In this document: positions 8,882-18,291 of the stretch, in pieces
How the letters are laid out: each line of letters opens with the position of its first letter
Position numbering within the stretch: position 1 is the stretch's first letter
IMG/VR virus record: IMGVR_UViG_2721755658_000001
DNA from: a virus
Lineage: Duplodnaviria > Heunggongvirae > Uroviricota > Caudoviricetes
Reading direction: 5' to 3' (one strand)
Length of the DNA: 49,030 nt
Notes under the pieces: generated by a model
The model's input: the letters and a program-made list of their open reading frames with translations, nothing else
Told to the model about the DNA's origin: nothing
Databases searched by the model: none
Position numbers and translations under genes: made by a program

Positions 8882-9588
8882 AGAGACTAAAGAGCATTAA
8901 TACATATGTGAATTGAAATTTTCATGGTACAGGGGAGAGCTAGCGTGGTTGTCCGCTTTGTGCTAGAGGTGGATATTGAGGGGTATCAGAGGATATTTAA
9001 AATGGATGGTCCGTTTTACAGATGTACTTACATAATCACTGCCTAGTTGCTTCCTTTATGCCACGCTTTTATGCCCCAAAGATAGGTGTTGATGATAGCG
9101 GTAGTCGGTTCGGTGTAATACAACTGCTCGGTTACCGTAATCACTAATGGTGCCTGAGATTGCTTCTACGTAAGGGGGTAAGGAGTTGGCTCTGAGCATG
9201 TCAGCAACGAGGCCATAGTCTGCTGACTTCGGGGGGGCATTCAGGAGCAGAATGAACAGATGGGGCGGGATTGGCTAATAATCTTACCCATGGCGAATGT
9301 TAGCGACATGATCATATTCAGGTCATCAGCGGTCATCCGTGTCATCTAGGGCTCTATCCTGACAGAAAACTATCCGGCACACTGCGTGAAAAATCAGAGT
9401 AAATGATACCTTCAGAGCATACAGGAGAAAGTCGACGCTTTTCAAACGTGTGCCTTAAGAATTAGAGGATAATATAACAAAAATGAAATTTAGGATAACA
9501 TCAGACTTGACATAGCTAGGTTATTGTAACTAAATGCGGTAAAACTAATCAGAAAAATTTTCGTTATTTTTTATAGAGAGAATAATCT

Positions 9589-10113
9589 ATGGAGAAAACA
9601 TTTATTTCGGAAATATTATCAGCTTATCATCATTTACAATTAGAAAATGCAAATGAAGCAGCCACAAGACTAAAAGTGATAGATCGGGTATTAAAGGAAG
9701 TCTTGATGTGGACTGATAGTGATATAAAACCAGAAGAGCATGTGACTGAAGATGGTTTGACAACTTATGCTGATTATATACTAAAAACAGCTAATATTGC
9801 TCTTGTTGTTGAAGCTAAAAAGGCAGGGCCAAGCTTTAGTACAATTCCAGGAAAAAGAAAAATAAAGCTAAGTAATAGTTTTTTACAAAGTGATCTTGGT
9901 GAAGCGATAATACAAGCTAGAGATTACGCCAGGAAATTTGGTATAGATTATGCTGTCGCTACGAATGGAAATGTATGGGCATGTTTTGCAGCTCAGAGGC
10001 ATGACAATGTCAAATTTAATGATTCAATAGCGCTTGTGTTCTGGTCGTTAGAAGATTGCTTAAATGATAATTATCAAGAATTCTATGATTTACTTAGTCG
10101 TGAAAATGGGTGA
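9589..10113 (+). CDS. N-terminal fragment of IS1-interrupted defence-like gene: PD-(D/E)xK nuclease domain (HsdR-N / Mrr-like)
   Basis: Motif ..ADYILKTANIALVVEAKK.. (D ... EAK); ORF terminates at a stop codon supplied by the IS1 left end. Confidence 0.7.
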   Translation: MEKTFISEILSAYHHLQLENANEAATRLKVIDRVLKEVLMWTDSDIKPEEHVTEDGLTTYADYILKTANIALVVEAKKAGPSFSTIPGKRKIKLSNSFLQSDLGEAIIQARDYARKFGIDYAVATNGNVWACFAAQRHDNVKFNDSIALVFWSLEDCLNDNYQEFYDLLSRENG

Positions 10114-10163
10114 TGCTGCCAACTTACTGATTTAGTGTATGATGGTGTTTTTGAGGTGCTCCA

Positions 10164-10439
10164 GTGGCTTCTGTTTCTATCAGCTGTCCCTCCTGTTCAG
10201 CTACTGACGGGGTGGTGCGTAACGGCAAAAGCACCGCCGGACATCAGCGCTATCTCTGCTCTCACTGCCGTAAAACATGGCAACTGCAGTTCACTTACAC
10301 CGCTTCTCAACCCGGTACGCACCAGAAAATCATTGATATGGCCATGAATGGCGTTGGATGCCGGGCAACAGCCCGCATTATGGGCGTTGGCCTCAACACG
10401 ATTTTACGTCACTTAAAAAACTCAGGCCGCAGTCGGTAA
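10164..10439 (+). CDS. insA: IS1 InsA
   Basis: 91-aa ORF matching IS1 InsA (zinc finger CPSC..CSHC). Confidence 0.95.
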
Positions 10440-10861
10440 CCTCGCGCATACAGCCGGGCAGTGACGTCATCGTCTGCGCGGAAATGGACGAACAGTGGGG
10501 ATACGTCGGGGCTAAATCGCGCCAGCGCTGGCTGTTTTACGCGTATGACAGGCTCCGGAAGACGGTTGTTGCGCACGTATTCGGTGAACGCACTATGGCG
10601 ACGCTGGGGCGTCTTATGAGCCTGCTGTCACCCTTTGACGTGGTGATATGGATGACGGATGGCTGGCCGCTGTATGAATCCCGCCTGAAGGGAAAGCTGC
10701 ACGTAATCAGCAAGCGATATACGCAGCGAATTGAGCGGCATAACCTGAATCTGAGGCAGCACCTGGCACGGCTGGGACGGAAGTCGCTGTCGTTCTCAAA
10801 ATCGGTGGAGCTGCATGACAAAGTCATCGGGCATTATCTGAACATAAAACACTATCAATAA
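10358..10861 (+). CDS. insB: IS1 InsB (transposase, produced as InsAB' by -1 frameshift)
   Basis: 167-aa ORF matching IS1 InsB; slippery TTAAAAAACTC near 10412. Confidence 0.95.
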
Positions 10862-10862
10862 G

Positions 10863-12869
10863 TTGGAGTCATTACCTGAAAATGTTATATCGGGAAGTCT
10901 AGAAACAGCACTTTTAGGTCGCGTCGAAAATCAAATAGAATTTAGAAAATTAAGAAGTTTTTATTCGCAACAAAACAGAACACAGACAAATAATCCAATA
11001 TATCATTTGATTGCTGATGAATTAAGGTTGGCTTTTTCTGATTCTATACTTTACTTGGATGAAGACTCCTTTGATAAATGTTATGTTTCAACACCAGAAA
11101 CTATGAGATTCGATAGTAAAATTAGAATGAATATAGGTAGGCGTTCAAGTGTGCTGAATGGTGAAGTACTAAAAGGGCTTAATGATAAAGATACAAAAAG
11201 AATAGTTGATAAGTTTCAGGTTAAAGGGAAGAAAAAAATAAAAGTCAGAAATGACAAACCTCTCGCGATCTTGTTACTTGGGACTGTAGGTGCAGGTAAA
11301 ACAACATTTCTTCATTACATGAGAAAGGTTAGAATAAAAGAGTTTTTTTCAAATCAATGTGATATCTTGACGCCGCATTGGGTTCATATAGACTTTCTAG
11401 ATAATCCATCAGAAAGTTCAATAGTCGATTTTATTTATAAATCAATTCTGGAATATATCAATAAGCATCCTGTTTTGAGTAATAAGGATTTTGTATTTGA
11501 TGCATTTCGAGAAGATATTGAGGCGATAAAATCAGGACCTCTTTTTTTATTGAGTGAGGATCAAAAAAATACCAGAATCTCGGATTTTTTATATGAGCAA
11601 TATAAAAAGGTAAAACCTTATGTTGATAAAATAATAAGTCGCGTTACAAAAGAGACATCTTTTTTTCTTGTTATTGATAACGTTGATCAGATCGAGTTTG
11701 ATGATATCCAGTCCCGGATATTTACCGAATCATTTTCAATTTCCAGAGCGCTTTCATTAAATTTAGTACTTTCATTGAGGCAGTCTACATTTATCAAACA
11801 TAAAAACTCACCTGCTATAGATGCTTTCGATTTTGAAGTTATACAAATAGATCCACCGAGAATAAGTAGTGTGATTGCAAAACGCTTTGCACTAGTAAAG
11901 TATATGACAAGTAATAAAAGTGGAAATTTTATTGCAGAAAATGGCGCTAAAGTTGTATTGGATGATATATCACAATTAGTCGATATTATTAGTGGGTCTG
12001 TGCTGGGAAGTGAGATTGGAACACGTATTGAAGTTCTTGCTACGGATGATGTTCGATTAGCATTACGTATGACTCGTGAGTTCTTAGAAAGAGGGTATAC
12101 GAGTCCAGGTAAAGCAGTACAAATTTTCAGAGAACAAGGAAGGTATCTTCTTCCACGTCATGAGGCATTTAGAGCTATATTACTGGGTACTGAGTTGACT
12201 TATAGCGAGTCAACGTCGACTATTGCGAACCCGTTTGATTCGAATTTAGCTGTGACACAAATGCAATTATTGAGGCTGTACATTCTTAATGTTATCGTTT
12301 CGTATGCAAGCGATCCCGGATTCAGACAAATCGATGGTTCGGTAATAACTGAAAAGTTAAGGTTAATTGGTATAGGTGACTCTTTCACGCATCGAGTTCT
12401 CGTTGATTTATGCAATAAAAGGTTTTTGTTCACCGTAAATCACGGAGATCCAACAGCTTCATCAAGTTTCATTCCTTCTCGGCTGGGGGGGTATATTGCA
12501 AAAGAACTTATTAGTAATTTCACGTTTATAGAGTGTATGCTTTATGATACATATATTGCTGATGCTAAGGTATGGAGTAGATTAAGAGATCTGAGTGCTA
12601 GAATTGAGTCTGAAAGAGATGTAATAAAAAGGATCACAATGCGTGTAAGTCGAGCAAAAACTTTCTATTATCAAATGGAAAAACTTATTTCACCGCTTTG
12701 TTCCGAAGCTATTATAAGAGGGTTGCCTTCACAATGGTGTTCTAACCCTCTTCAGGAGCGTTTACCTGAGTTAAGAAAAGAACTAAGAAGAGTTCTTAAT
12801 TCTGCAAAAAAAACATATCAACCGAAACAGGATGATTCGTCTAAGTATTTCCTTGATGAAACGGTTTAA
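10863..12869 (+). CDS. C-terminal fragment of IS1-interrupted defence-like gene: STAND/NACHT-like P-loop NTPase plus helical C-terminal domain
   Basis: Walker A LLLGTVGAGKTTFLHYM, Walker B-like FFLVIDNVDQ; first 7 codons derive from the IS1 right end (TTG start); in frame with the upstream fragment once IS1 is removed. Confidence 0.7.
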   Translation: MESLPENVISGSLETALLGRVENQIEFRKLRSFYSQQNRTQTNNPIYHLIADELRLAFSDSILYLDEDSFDKCYVSTPETMRFDSKIRMNIGRRSSVLNGEVLKGLNDKDTKRIVDKFQVKGKKKIKVRNDKPLAILLLGTVGAGKTTFLHYMRKVRIKEFFSNQCDILTPHWVHIDFLDNPSESSIVDFIYKSILEYINKHPVLSNKDFVFDAFREDIEAIKSGPLFLLSEDQKNTRISDFLYEQYKKVKPYVDKIISRVTKETSFFLVIDNVDQIEFDDIQSRIFTESFSISRALSLNLVLSLRQSTFIKHKNSPAIDAFDFEVIQIDPPRISSVIAKRFALVKYMTSNKSGNFIAENGAKVVLDDISQLVDIISGSVLGSEIGTRIEVLATDDVRLALRMTREFLERGYTSPGKAVQIFREQGRYLLPRHEAFRAILLGTELTYSESTSTIANPFDSNLAVTQMQLLRLYILNVIVSYASDPGFRQIDGSVITEKLRLIGIGDSFTHRVLVDLCNKRFLFTVNHGDPTASSSFIPSRLGGYIAKELISNFTFIECMLYDTYIADAKVWSRLRDLSARIESERDVIKRITMRVSRAKTFYYQMEKLISPLCSEAIIRGLPSQWCSNPLQERLPELRKELRRVLNSAKKTYQPKQDDSSKYFLDETV

Positions 12870-13716
12870 AAGATGGGGCTAGTATGCCCCATGCTATTAT
12901 CTTACTAAAATAAATTTGGAAGTGCTGTTACAATAGATAGAGGCTCATTGTCGAGTCTCTGTTTAAATTAGTTGGTTATTTTATGTTTATTTGTTTCGAT
13001 ATCAAATAAAAAATCAATAAAGACAGCTTTGTTGCTAGTATTTAATTCTGTAGTAATATACGGATAGTTGTTTTCTGATATACCACATATCTTTAATTGT
13101 TGGTTTTTGTCTTAGTTGATTTAAATTCAACCAACCACTCCAGCAACCTAAATATTCCTCCAGTTCCAAACAATGAATATATGATCAGGAGCATAGCACT
13201 GCTCTTCATTAAAAATTTACACTTAGTTTTGAGAAAACTGCTTACGTTATCTTAACTCTGAATTTGTATATCTTAAGAAGTGCTAGTTATATTTAGTTGT
13301 TGTGTTCCATGTTTTACAGAAAAATCAGAGAAACTGTACTCAATAGTTGCATCTCATCACTGATGAGACCGCCTTGTATTTATCAAGACTGGTGTACGTC
13401 CGATACAGAAAGTTGTCGTGCTGGTCCTCAAATGTGCGCTGGCTATTGCGGGTAATGGCAATTTATTGTCTTGCTATTGTCCTTATGGATCGCCTTTCTG
13501 ATTGATTTTATATTGGCGAGGTAACGGGAGTTAAGTACAATGGCTGCGGGTGCTTGAGGCTATCTGTCTCAGGCATGAACACCAAAGGCAGATAGAGAAA
13601 AGCCCCAGTTAACATTACGCGTCCGGCAAGACGCTTAACATTAATCTGAGGCCAATTTCATGCTTTGCACATGTAGGTTAGCCTCTTACGTGCCGAAAGG
13701 CAAGGAGAAGCAGGCT

Positions 13717-13872
13717 ATGAAGCAGCAAAAGGCGATGTTAATCGCCCTGATCGTCATCTGTTTAACCGTCATAGTGACGGCACTGGTAACGAGGAAAGAC
13801 CTCTGCGAGGTACGAATCCGAACCGGCCAGACGGAGGTCGCTGTCTTCACAGTCTACGAACCTGAGGAGTAA
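13717..13872 (+). CDS. hokD: Hok-family type I toxin (51 aa), HokD/RelF-like
   Basis: MKQQKAMLIALIVICLTVIVTALVTRKDLCEVRIRTGQTEVAVFTVYEPEE; SD AGGAGA 8 nt upstream. Confidence 0.85.
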   Translation: MKQQKAMLIALIVICLTVIVTALVTRKDLCEVRIRTGQTEVAVFTVYEPEE

Positions 13873-13940
13873 GAGACTTGGCGAGGGAGAAATCCCTCGC
13901 CGCCTCTGATGTGTCAGGCATCCTCAACGCACCCGCGCTT

Positions 13941-13965
13941 AACCCGCTTCGGCGGGTTTATTTTA
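13941..13965 (+). terminator. Rho-independent terminator downstream of hok
   Basis: Stem CCCGC-TTCG-GCGGG followed by a T-run; preceded by a second hairpin at 13881-13902. Confidence 0.6.
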
Positions 13966-14330
13966 TCTGTAAATATTTTTATAAAAATAATGCCCACACA
14001 CAGCATAAAACAAAAAGTATCACAGATAAAAAAGGAGCGTAATGTGCAGATTTGTTGTTTTCCATATTTACTCACTTTAACATAATCAATATTGATATGG
14101 TTGTTGTTTCGGTGGTTTCAAACGAGATGTTATGGTGATCTGGTAAAATTGCATAACATTAAAATTTAATTTATCTAATCGCTTTTAATAATAAGCGTTG
14201 TGTTTATCCCAGCAATCTGTTGTTTGACTTTTATTCCATTAATGTAGGGGCTTTACACTGGAACCAGTTTATTTATACTTTATACGCCAGCCTGAACAAC
14301 TGGCACCTGCTGCGCCAGCAGAGACAACCG

Positions 14331-14609
14331 ATGGCGCACGATACCAAATTACATAATTCTGATGATTCTGCCGTCTTTGCCAGCAGGTGCGGACGGCGTT
14401 TTCATGCATTCAAATCGGACTGGTTCCAGCATCCACCATGCACTGAAGAGCAGGCTGAATGGATAATTCAGTGTTACCGCAGGCGCGGATACGAGGTTAA
14501 GAAAGCCCTTAGTCTCGACTACCGTCACTGGATAATCTCAGTCAGATTGCCTTACTCCGAACGCCCACCACGTGCGTCCCGCACTTTCCAGCAACGGATC
14601 TGGAGGTAA
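14331..14609 (+). CDS. Small hypothetical protein upstream of ydfU (Rem-like position)
   Basis: ATG-initiated 92-aa ORF in the position of rem in K-12 Qin; weak SD. Confidence 0.45.
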   Translation: MAHDTKLHNSDDSAVFASRCGRRFHAFKSDWFQHPPCTEEQAEWIIQCYRRRGYEVKKALSLDYRHWIISVRLPYSERPPRASRTFQQRIWR

Positions 14610-14610
14610 C

Positions 14611-15660
14611 GTGCGGGTATTACTTAGACCTGTTCTGGTGCCTGAGCTTGGGCTGGTGGTCCTTAAGCCGGGCCGTGAATCCATACAGATATTTCATAAT
14701 CCTCGAGTGCTGGTGGAACCGGAACCAAAAAGCATGCGTAATCTGCCATCCGGAGTCGTTCCTGCCGTTGGCCAGCCGCTGGCGGAAGACAAAACATTGC
14801 TGCCGTTTTTTAGTAACGAACGGGTGATTCGTGCTGCTGGCGGCGTTGGCTCATTGTCTGACTGGCTATTACGTCATGTTACATCCTGCCAGTGGCCTAA
14901 TGGCGATTACCATCACACTGAAACAGTCATTCACCGTTATGGTACCGGCGCAATGGTGTTGTGTTGGCACTGCGACAACCAACTGCGTGACCAGACATCG
15001 GAATCACTGGAGCTGCTTGCTCAACAAAATCTGACAGCATGGGTGATTGACGTCATCCGTCACGCAATAAGCGGTACGCAGGAGCGGGAATTATCTTTGG
15101 CTGAATTATCCTGGTGGGCGGTCTGCAATCAGGTGGTGGATGCACTACCTGAGGCTGTATCGCGTCGTTCGCTGGGATTACCAGCGGAAAAAATCTGCTC
15201 GGTGTACCGCGAAAGCGACATCGTACCGGGAGAGCAGACCGCCACCAGCATATTGAAACAACGCACAAAAAATCTTGCACCGTTGCCTTACGCCCACCAG
15301 CAACAAAAACTACCACAGGAAAAGACGGTGGTAAGCATCACCGTTGATCCAGAGTCTCCGGAATCTTTCATGAAGCTGCCTAAACGTCGCCGCTGGGTTA
15401 AGGAGAAATACACACGTTGGGTTAAGACACAGCCGTGTGCTTGCTGCGGTATGCCAGCCGACGATCCGCATCATCTGATTGGTCACGGGCAGGGCGGAAT
15501 GGGAACAAAAGCACATGATCTCTTTGTGTTGCCTTTGTGCAGAAAGCATCACAACGAGCTGCATACGGATACAGTGGCATTTGAAGAGAAGTATGGCTCC
15601 CAACTGGAGCTGATATTTCGTTTTATCGATCGCGCGCTGGCAATTGGCGTACTGGCGTAA
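14611..15660 (+). CDS. ydfU: YdfU-like protein (DUF968, HNH-like C-terminal cysteine/histidine motif)
   Basis: GTG start 4 nt after SD GGAGG gives 349 aa; C-terminal PCACCG..HHLIGHG..CRKHHNELH. Confidence 0.8.
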   Translation: MRVLLRPVLVPELGLVVLKPGRESIQIFHNPRVLVEPEPKSMRNLPSGVVPAVGQPLAEDKTLLPFFSNERVIRAAGGVGSLSDWLLRHVTSCQWPNGDYHHTETVIHRYGTGAMVLCWHCDNQLRDQTSESLELLAQQNLTAWVIDVIRHAISGTQERELSLAELSWWAVCNQVVDALPEAVSRRSLGLPAEKICSVYRESDIVPGEQTATSILKQRTKNLAPLPYAHQQQKLPQEKTVVSITVDPESPESFMKLPKRRRWVKEKYTRWVKTQPCACCGMPADDPHHLIGHGQGGMGTKAHDLFVLPLCRKHHNELHTDTVAFEEKYGSQLELIFRFIDRALAIGVLA

Positions 15661-15673
15661 GTGGAGAACGAGC

Positions 15674-16426
15674 ATGAACCTTGAAGCCTTACCAAAATAT
15701 TACTCCCCAAAATCTCCAAAATTGAGCGATGACGCTCCAGCGACAGGCACCGGTTGTTTAACAATTACGGATGTAATGGCAGCGCAGGGGATGGTGCAGT
15801 CGAAAGCACCACTTGGGTTGGCCTTATTTCTGGCAAAAGTTGGTGTTCAGGACCCTCAGTTTGCGATTGAAGGCCTGCTAAATTACGCGATGGCACTGGA
15901 TAACCCGACATTGAACAAATTGAGTGAAGAAATCCGGTTACAGATTATTCCTTACCTTGTGAATTTTGCCTTTGCTGATTACTCCAGGTCTGCGGCAAGT
16001 AAGGCTCGCTGTGAGCATTGTTCAGGTACGGGATTTTATAATGTATTGCGCGAAGTGGTGAAACACTACAGACGCGGGGAATCTGTAATCAAGGAAGAAT
16101 GGGTGAAGGAACTATGTCAGCATTGCCATGGTAAGGGCGAAGTCAGCACAGCGTGCAGAGGGTGTAAGGGTAAAGGGATTGTTCTGGATGAAAAAAGAAC
16201 CCGGTTTCATGGCGTACCGGTATATAAGATTTGTGGGCGTTGTAATGGAAACCGGTTTAGTCGTTTACCGACCACGCTGGCACGACGTCATGTCCAGAAG
16301 CTGGTACCAGACCTGACCGATTATCAGTGGTATAAGGGGTATGCGGACGTCATTGGTAAACTGGTAACAAAGTGCTGGCAGGAAGAAGCATACGCGGAAG
16401 CGCAATTGAGGAAGGTGACGAGATAA
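15674..16426 (+). CDS. quuQ: Late-gene antitermination protein Q (phage 21/82 type)
   Basis: 250-aa protein with CxxC..CxxC zinc finger; followed by candidate PR' and tR'. Confidence 0.85.
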   Translation: MNLEALPKYYSPKSPKLSDDAPATGTGCLTITDVMAAQGMVQSKAPLGLALFLAKVGVQDPQFAIEGLLNYAMALDNPTLNKLSEEIRLQIIPYLVNFAFADYSRSAASKARCEHCSGTGFYNVLREVVKHYRRGESVIKEEWVKELCQHCHGKGEVSTACRGCKGKGIVLDEKRTRFHGVPVYKICGRCNGNRFSRLPTTLARRHVQKLVPDLTDYQWYKGYADVIGKLVTKCWQEEAYAEAQLRKVTR

Positions 16427-16457
16427 ATGATTTTTGCTGAAGATGGCGACATGATGT

Positions 16458-16486
16458 TTGCATTTTTCAAAAAACATGGATAAGAT
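16458..16486 (+). promoter_or_regulatory. Candidate late promoter PR' (-35 TTGCAT, 17-bp spacer, -10 TAAGAT)
   Basis: Sequence match to sigma-70 consensus immediately downstream of Q. Confidence 0.5.
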
Positions 16487-16533
16487 TTTCTCAACGATGG
16501 GCTTTGTGTATCCGACGTTTAGAAAAAAGTAGA

Positions 16534-16558
16534 AAACCCGCTTATAAGCGGGTTTTTG
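16534..16558 (+). terminator. Candidate tR' terminator (target of Q antitermination)
   Basis: Hairpin CCCGC-TTATAA-GCGGG followed by TTTTT, about 50 nt downstream of the -10. Confidence 0.6.
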
Positions 16559-17101
16559 TGCTTTAAATGGGGCAATAGAGATATTGAATCTCATCCCGGG
16601 ATAAACATTGGCAGTTGAAGGTCCACGCGAACCATTTATCCGGCAAAATTCCACGCGTAATCCTGTGGTAATTTCTTCTGCATCTCGAAGATTGAGAGCT
16701 GAAACGTGAAGCTGGGCATCGATACGCCATCGGATGGGAATATAAGACCTTTGCTGCTTTTGTAGTCAAAGTTTTTGACAATTCCTGTCATTTTAGGGGA
16801 CAGAAAAACTCCTTAATACTGATAACCTGGTGCACCATACACACGTTCCTGGAGAAAACTACTTTTTTGATAGGGTTGAAGGTGGCTGGATGTCTAAAAT
16901 AAACATTGCTTCATATGTTCAACTATGAGTTAATGACTGCGTCGGTTTGAAGAACAGACGATATACGAAGTAGTTTACTAAAGCAGTTCTCATTTCAGGT
17001 GTTATTCACTTATTCCTTCTTTGAGTCTCTCCAATTAAGTACGAAGTCGTTTCTGTTATGCAAACCATTTATGCCGAAAGGCTCAAGTTAAGGAATGTAG
17101 A

Positions 17102-17317
17102 ATGTCAAATAAAATGACTGGTTTAGTAAAATGGTTTAACGCTGATAAAGGTTTCGGCTTTATTTCTCCTGTTGATGGTAGTAAAGATGTGTTTGTGCAT
17201 TTTTCTGCGATTCAGAATGATAATTATCGAACCTTATTTGAAGGTCAAAAGGTTACCTTCTCTATAGAGAGTGGTGCTAAAGGTCCTGCAGCAGCAAATG
17301 TCATCATTACTGATTAA
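17102..17317 (+). CDS. cspB: Cold-shock protein CspB
   Basis: 71-aa CspA-family protein [38 protein letters not shown].. Confidence 0.9.
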   Translation: MSNKMTGLVKWFNADKGFGFISPVDGSKDVFVHFSAIQNDNYRTLFEGQKVTFSIESGAKGPAAANVIITD

Positions 17318-17597
17318 AATTCATCGCTCGTCTGTATACGATAACGAAGAAGGCTGATGCCTGAGTAGAGATACGGACAGAGTAGTGAATATTGGATCTC
17401 TTTAATGAAAATTAAGGAGGTCCAATACATGAAACAATGGCCAGCATATTTGGCAAAATCTTAATCAGGAAAAGTATGCTAACCATTGTGGTGAAGTGCA
17501 GGTTTGCTGCATGAATAGTTTTACAGCAGAAGCTAACTGCTGGCATGGCAAAACAAAGTGCGTAAGTGGATGACTCCCACAAAAAGCACCACAATCT

Positions 17598-17621
17598 CAA
17601 ACCCGCTCAGGCGGGTTTTTT
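17598..17621 (+). terminator. Rho-independent terminator
   Basis: Stem CCCGC-TCAG-GCGGG followed by T6. Confidence 0.6.
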
Positions 17622-17680
17622 ATTATCTGCTTTAAATATATTATTAAAATATAAAAAATACTTGTTACTAATAAAATCAA

Positions 17681-17851
17681 TCAGGCTACAGCTTTAAGAT
17701 TTGTCTGGAATACTTTGTTGCAATGAGGGCAGATCAAAAGGGCACCTTTTTGTACTCTTGAAAAACTGTGTTCTGACTCTTGGGTGCAGTTTGGGCAGGA
17801 ACATTTAACGAGATAATTACGGCGTGATTTTGAGTCTTTACGTTCTGACAT
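17681..17851 (-). CDS. Small zinc-ribbon protein (56 aa)
   Basis: CxxC..CxxC motifs (CPNC ... CPHC); SD AGGAA 6 nt upstream of ATG. Confidence 0.55.
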   Translation of the reverse strand: MSERKDSKSRRNYLVKCSCPNCTQESEHSFSRVQKGALLICPHCNKVFQTNLKAVA

Positions 17852-18071
17852 AGGCTTTTCCTGTATAAATGGCCGTATACAGTACACTAAATATGAAAAC
17901 ATTTCTCGTATTATTATTTTATATATGACTTTCTTTAAAAAATAATTACTCACATTTTTAATGTGTATGTTTCTTTAGCGCCGTTGAGAACAACGTGTGC
18001 TGTCAAAACTACCCCGTAGACTCCGATCTTTTCAAACATATTGCACCATCCGTGTACATCGGGGTGAGGAT

Positions 18072-18287
18072 ATGAAATCAATGGATAAGTTAACAACAGG
18101 TGTTGCCTATGGCACATCGGCGGGTAATGCTGGTTTCTGGGCATTGCAGTTACTCGATAAAGTAACTCCGTCACAGTGGGCTGCAATCGGTGTGCTGGGT
18201 AGCCTGGTTTTTGGCCTGCTGACGTATCTGACAAATCTTTATTTCAAGATTAAAGAAGACAGGCGTAAGGCTGCGAGAGGAGAGTAA
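18072..18287 (+). CDS. essQ: Holin, phage 21 S (pinholin) family, with dual start (MKSMDK...)
   Basis: ..[67 protein letters not shown], close to recalled S21. Confidence 0.85.
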   Translation: MKSMDKLTTGVAYGTSAGNAGFWALQLLDKVTPSQWAAIGVLGSLVFGLLTYLTNLYFKIKEDRRKAARGE

Positions 18288-18291
18288 TTCA

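Larger units (their letters stand above)
10109..10876 (+). mobile_element. IS1 insertion sequence (768 bp) with flanking 8-bp target duplication TGAAAATG
   Basis: Left end GGTGATGCTGCCAACTTACTGAT and right end ..AAGTTGGAGTCATTACC match IS1; TGAAAATG at 10101-10108 and 10877-10884; insA and insB ORFs with A6C frameshift motif. Confidence 0.95.

Noticed and set aside
9225-9245. G7 homopolymer tract in the ORF-free region as possible slipped-strand phase-variation switch
   Set aside because: Not within or upstream of a recognisable ORF or promoter; single tract without context
9505-9540. Possible promoter (TTGACA ... CTAAAT) for the defence-like gene
   Set aside because: -35 is perfect but no spacing gives a -10 better than 3 of 6 matches; not reported as a feature
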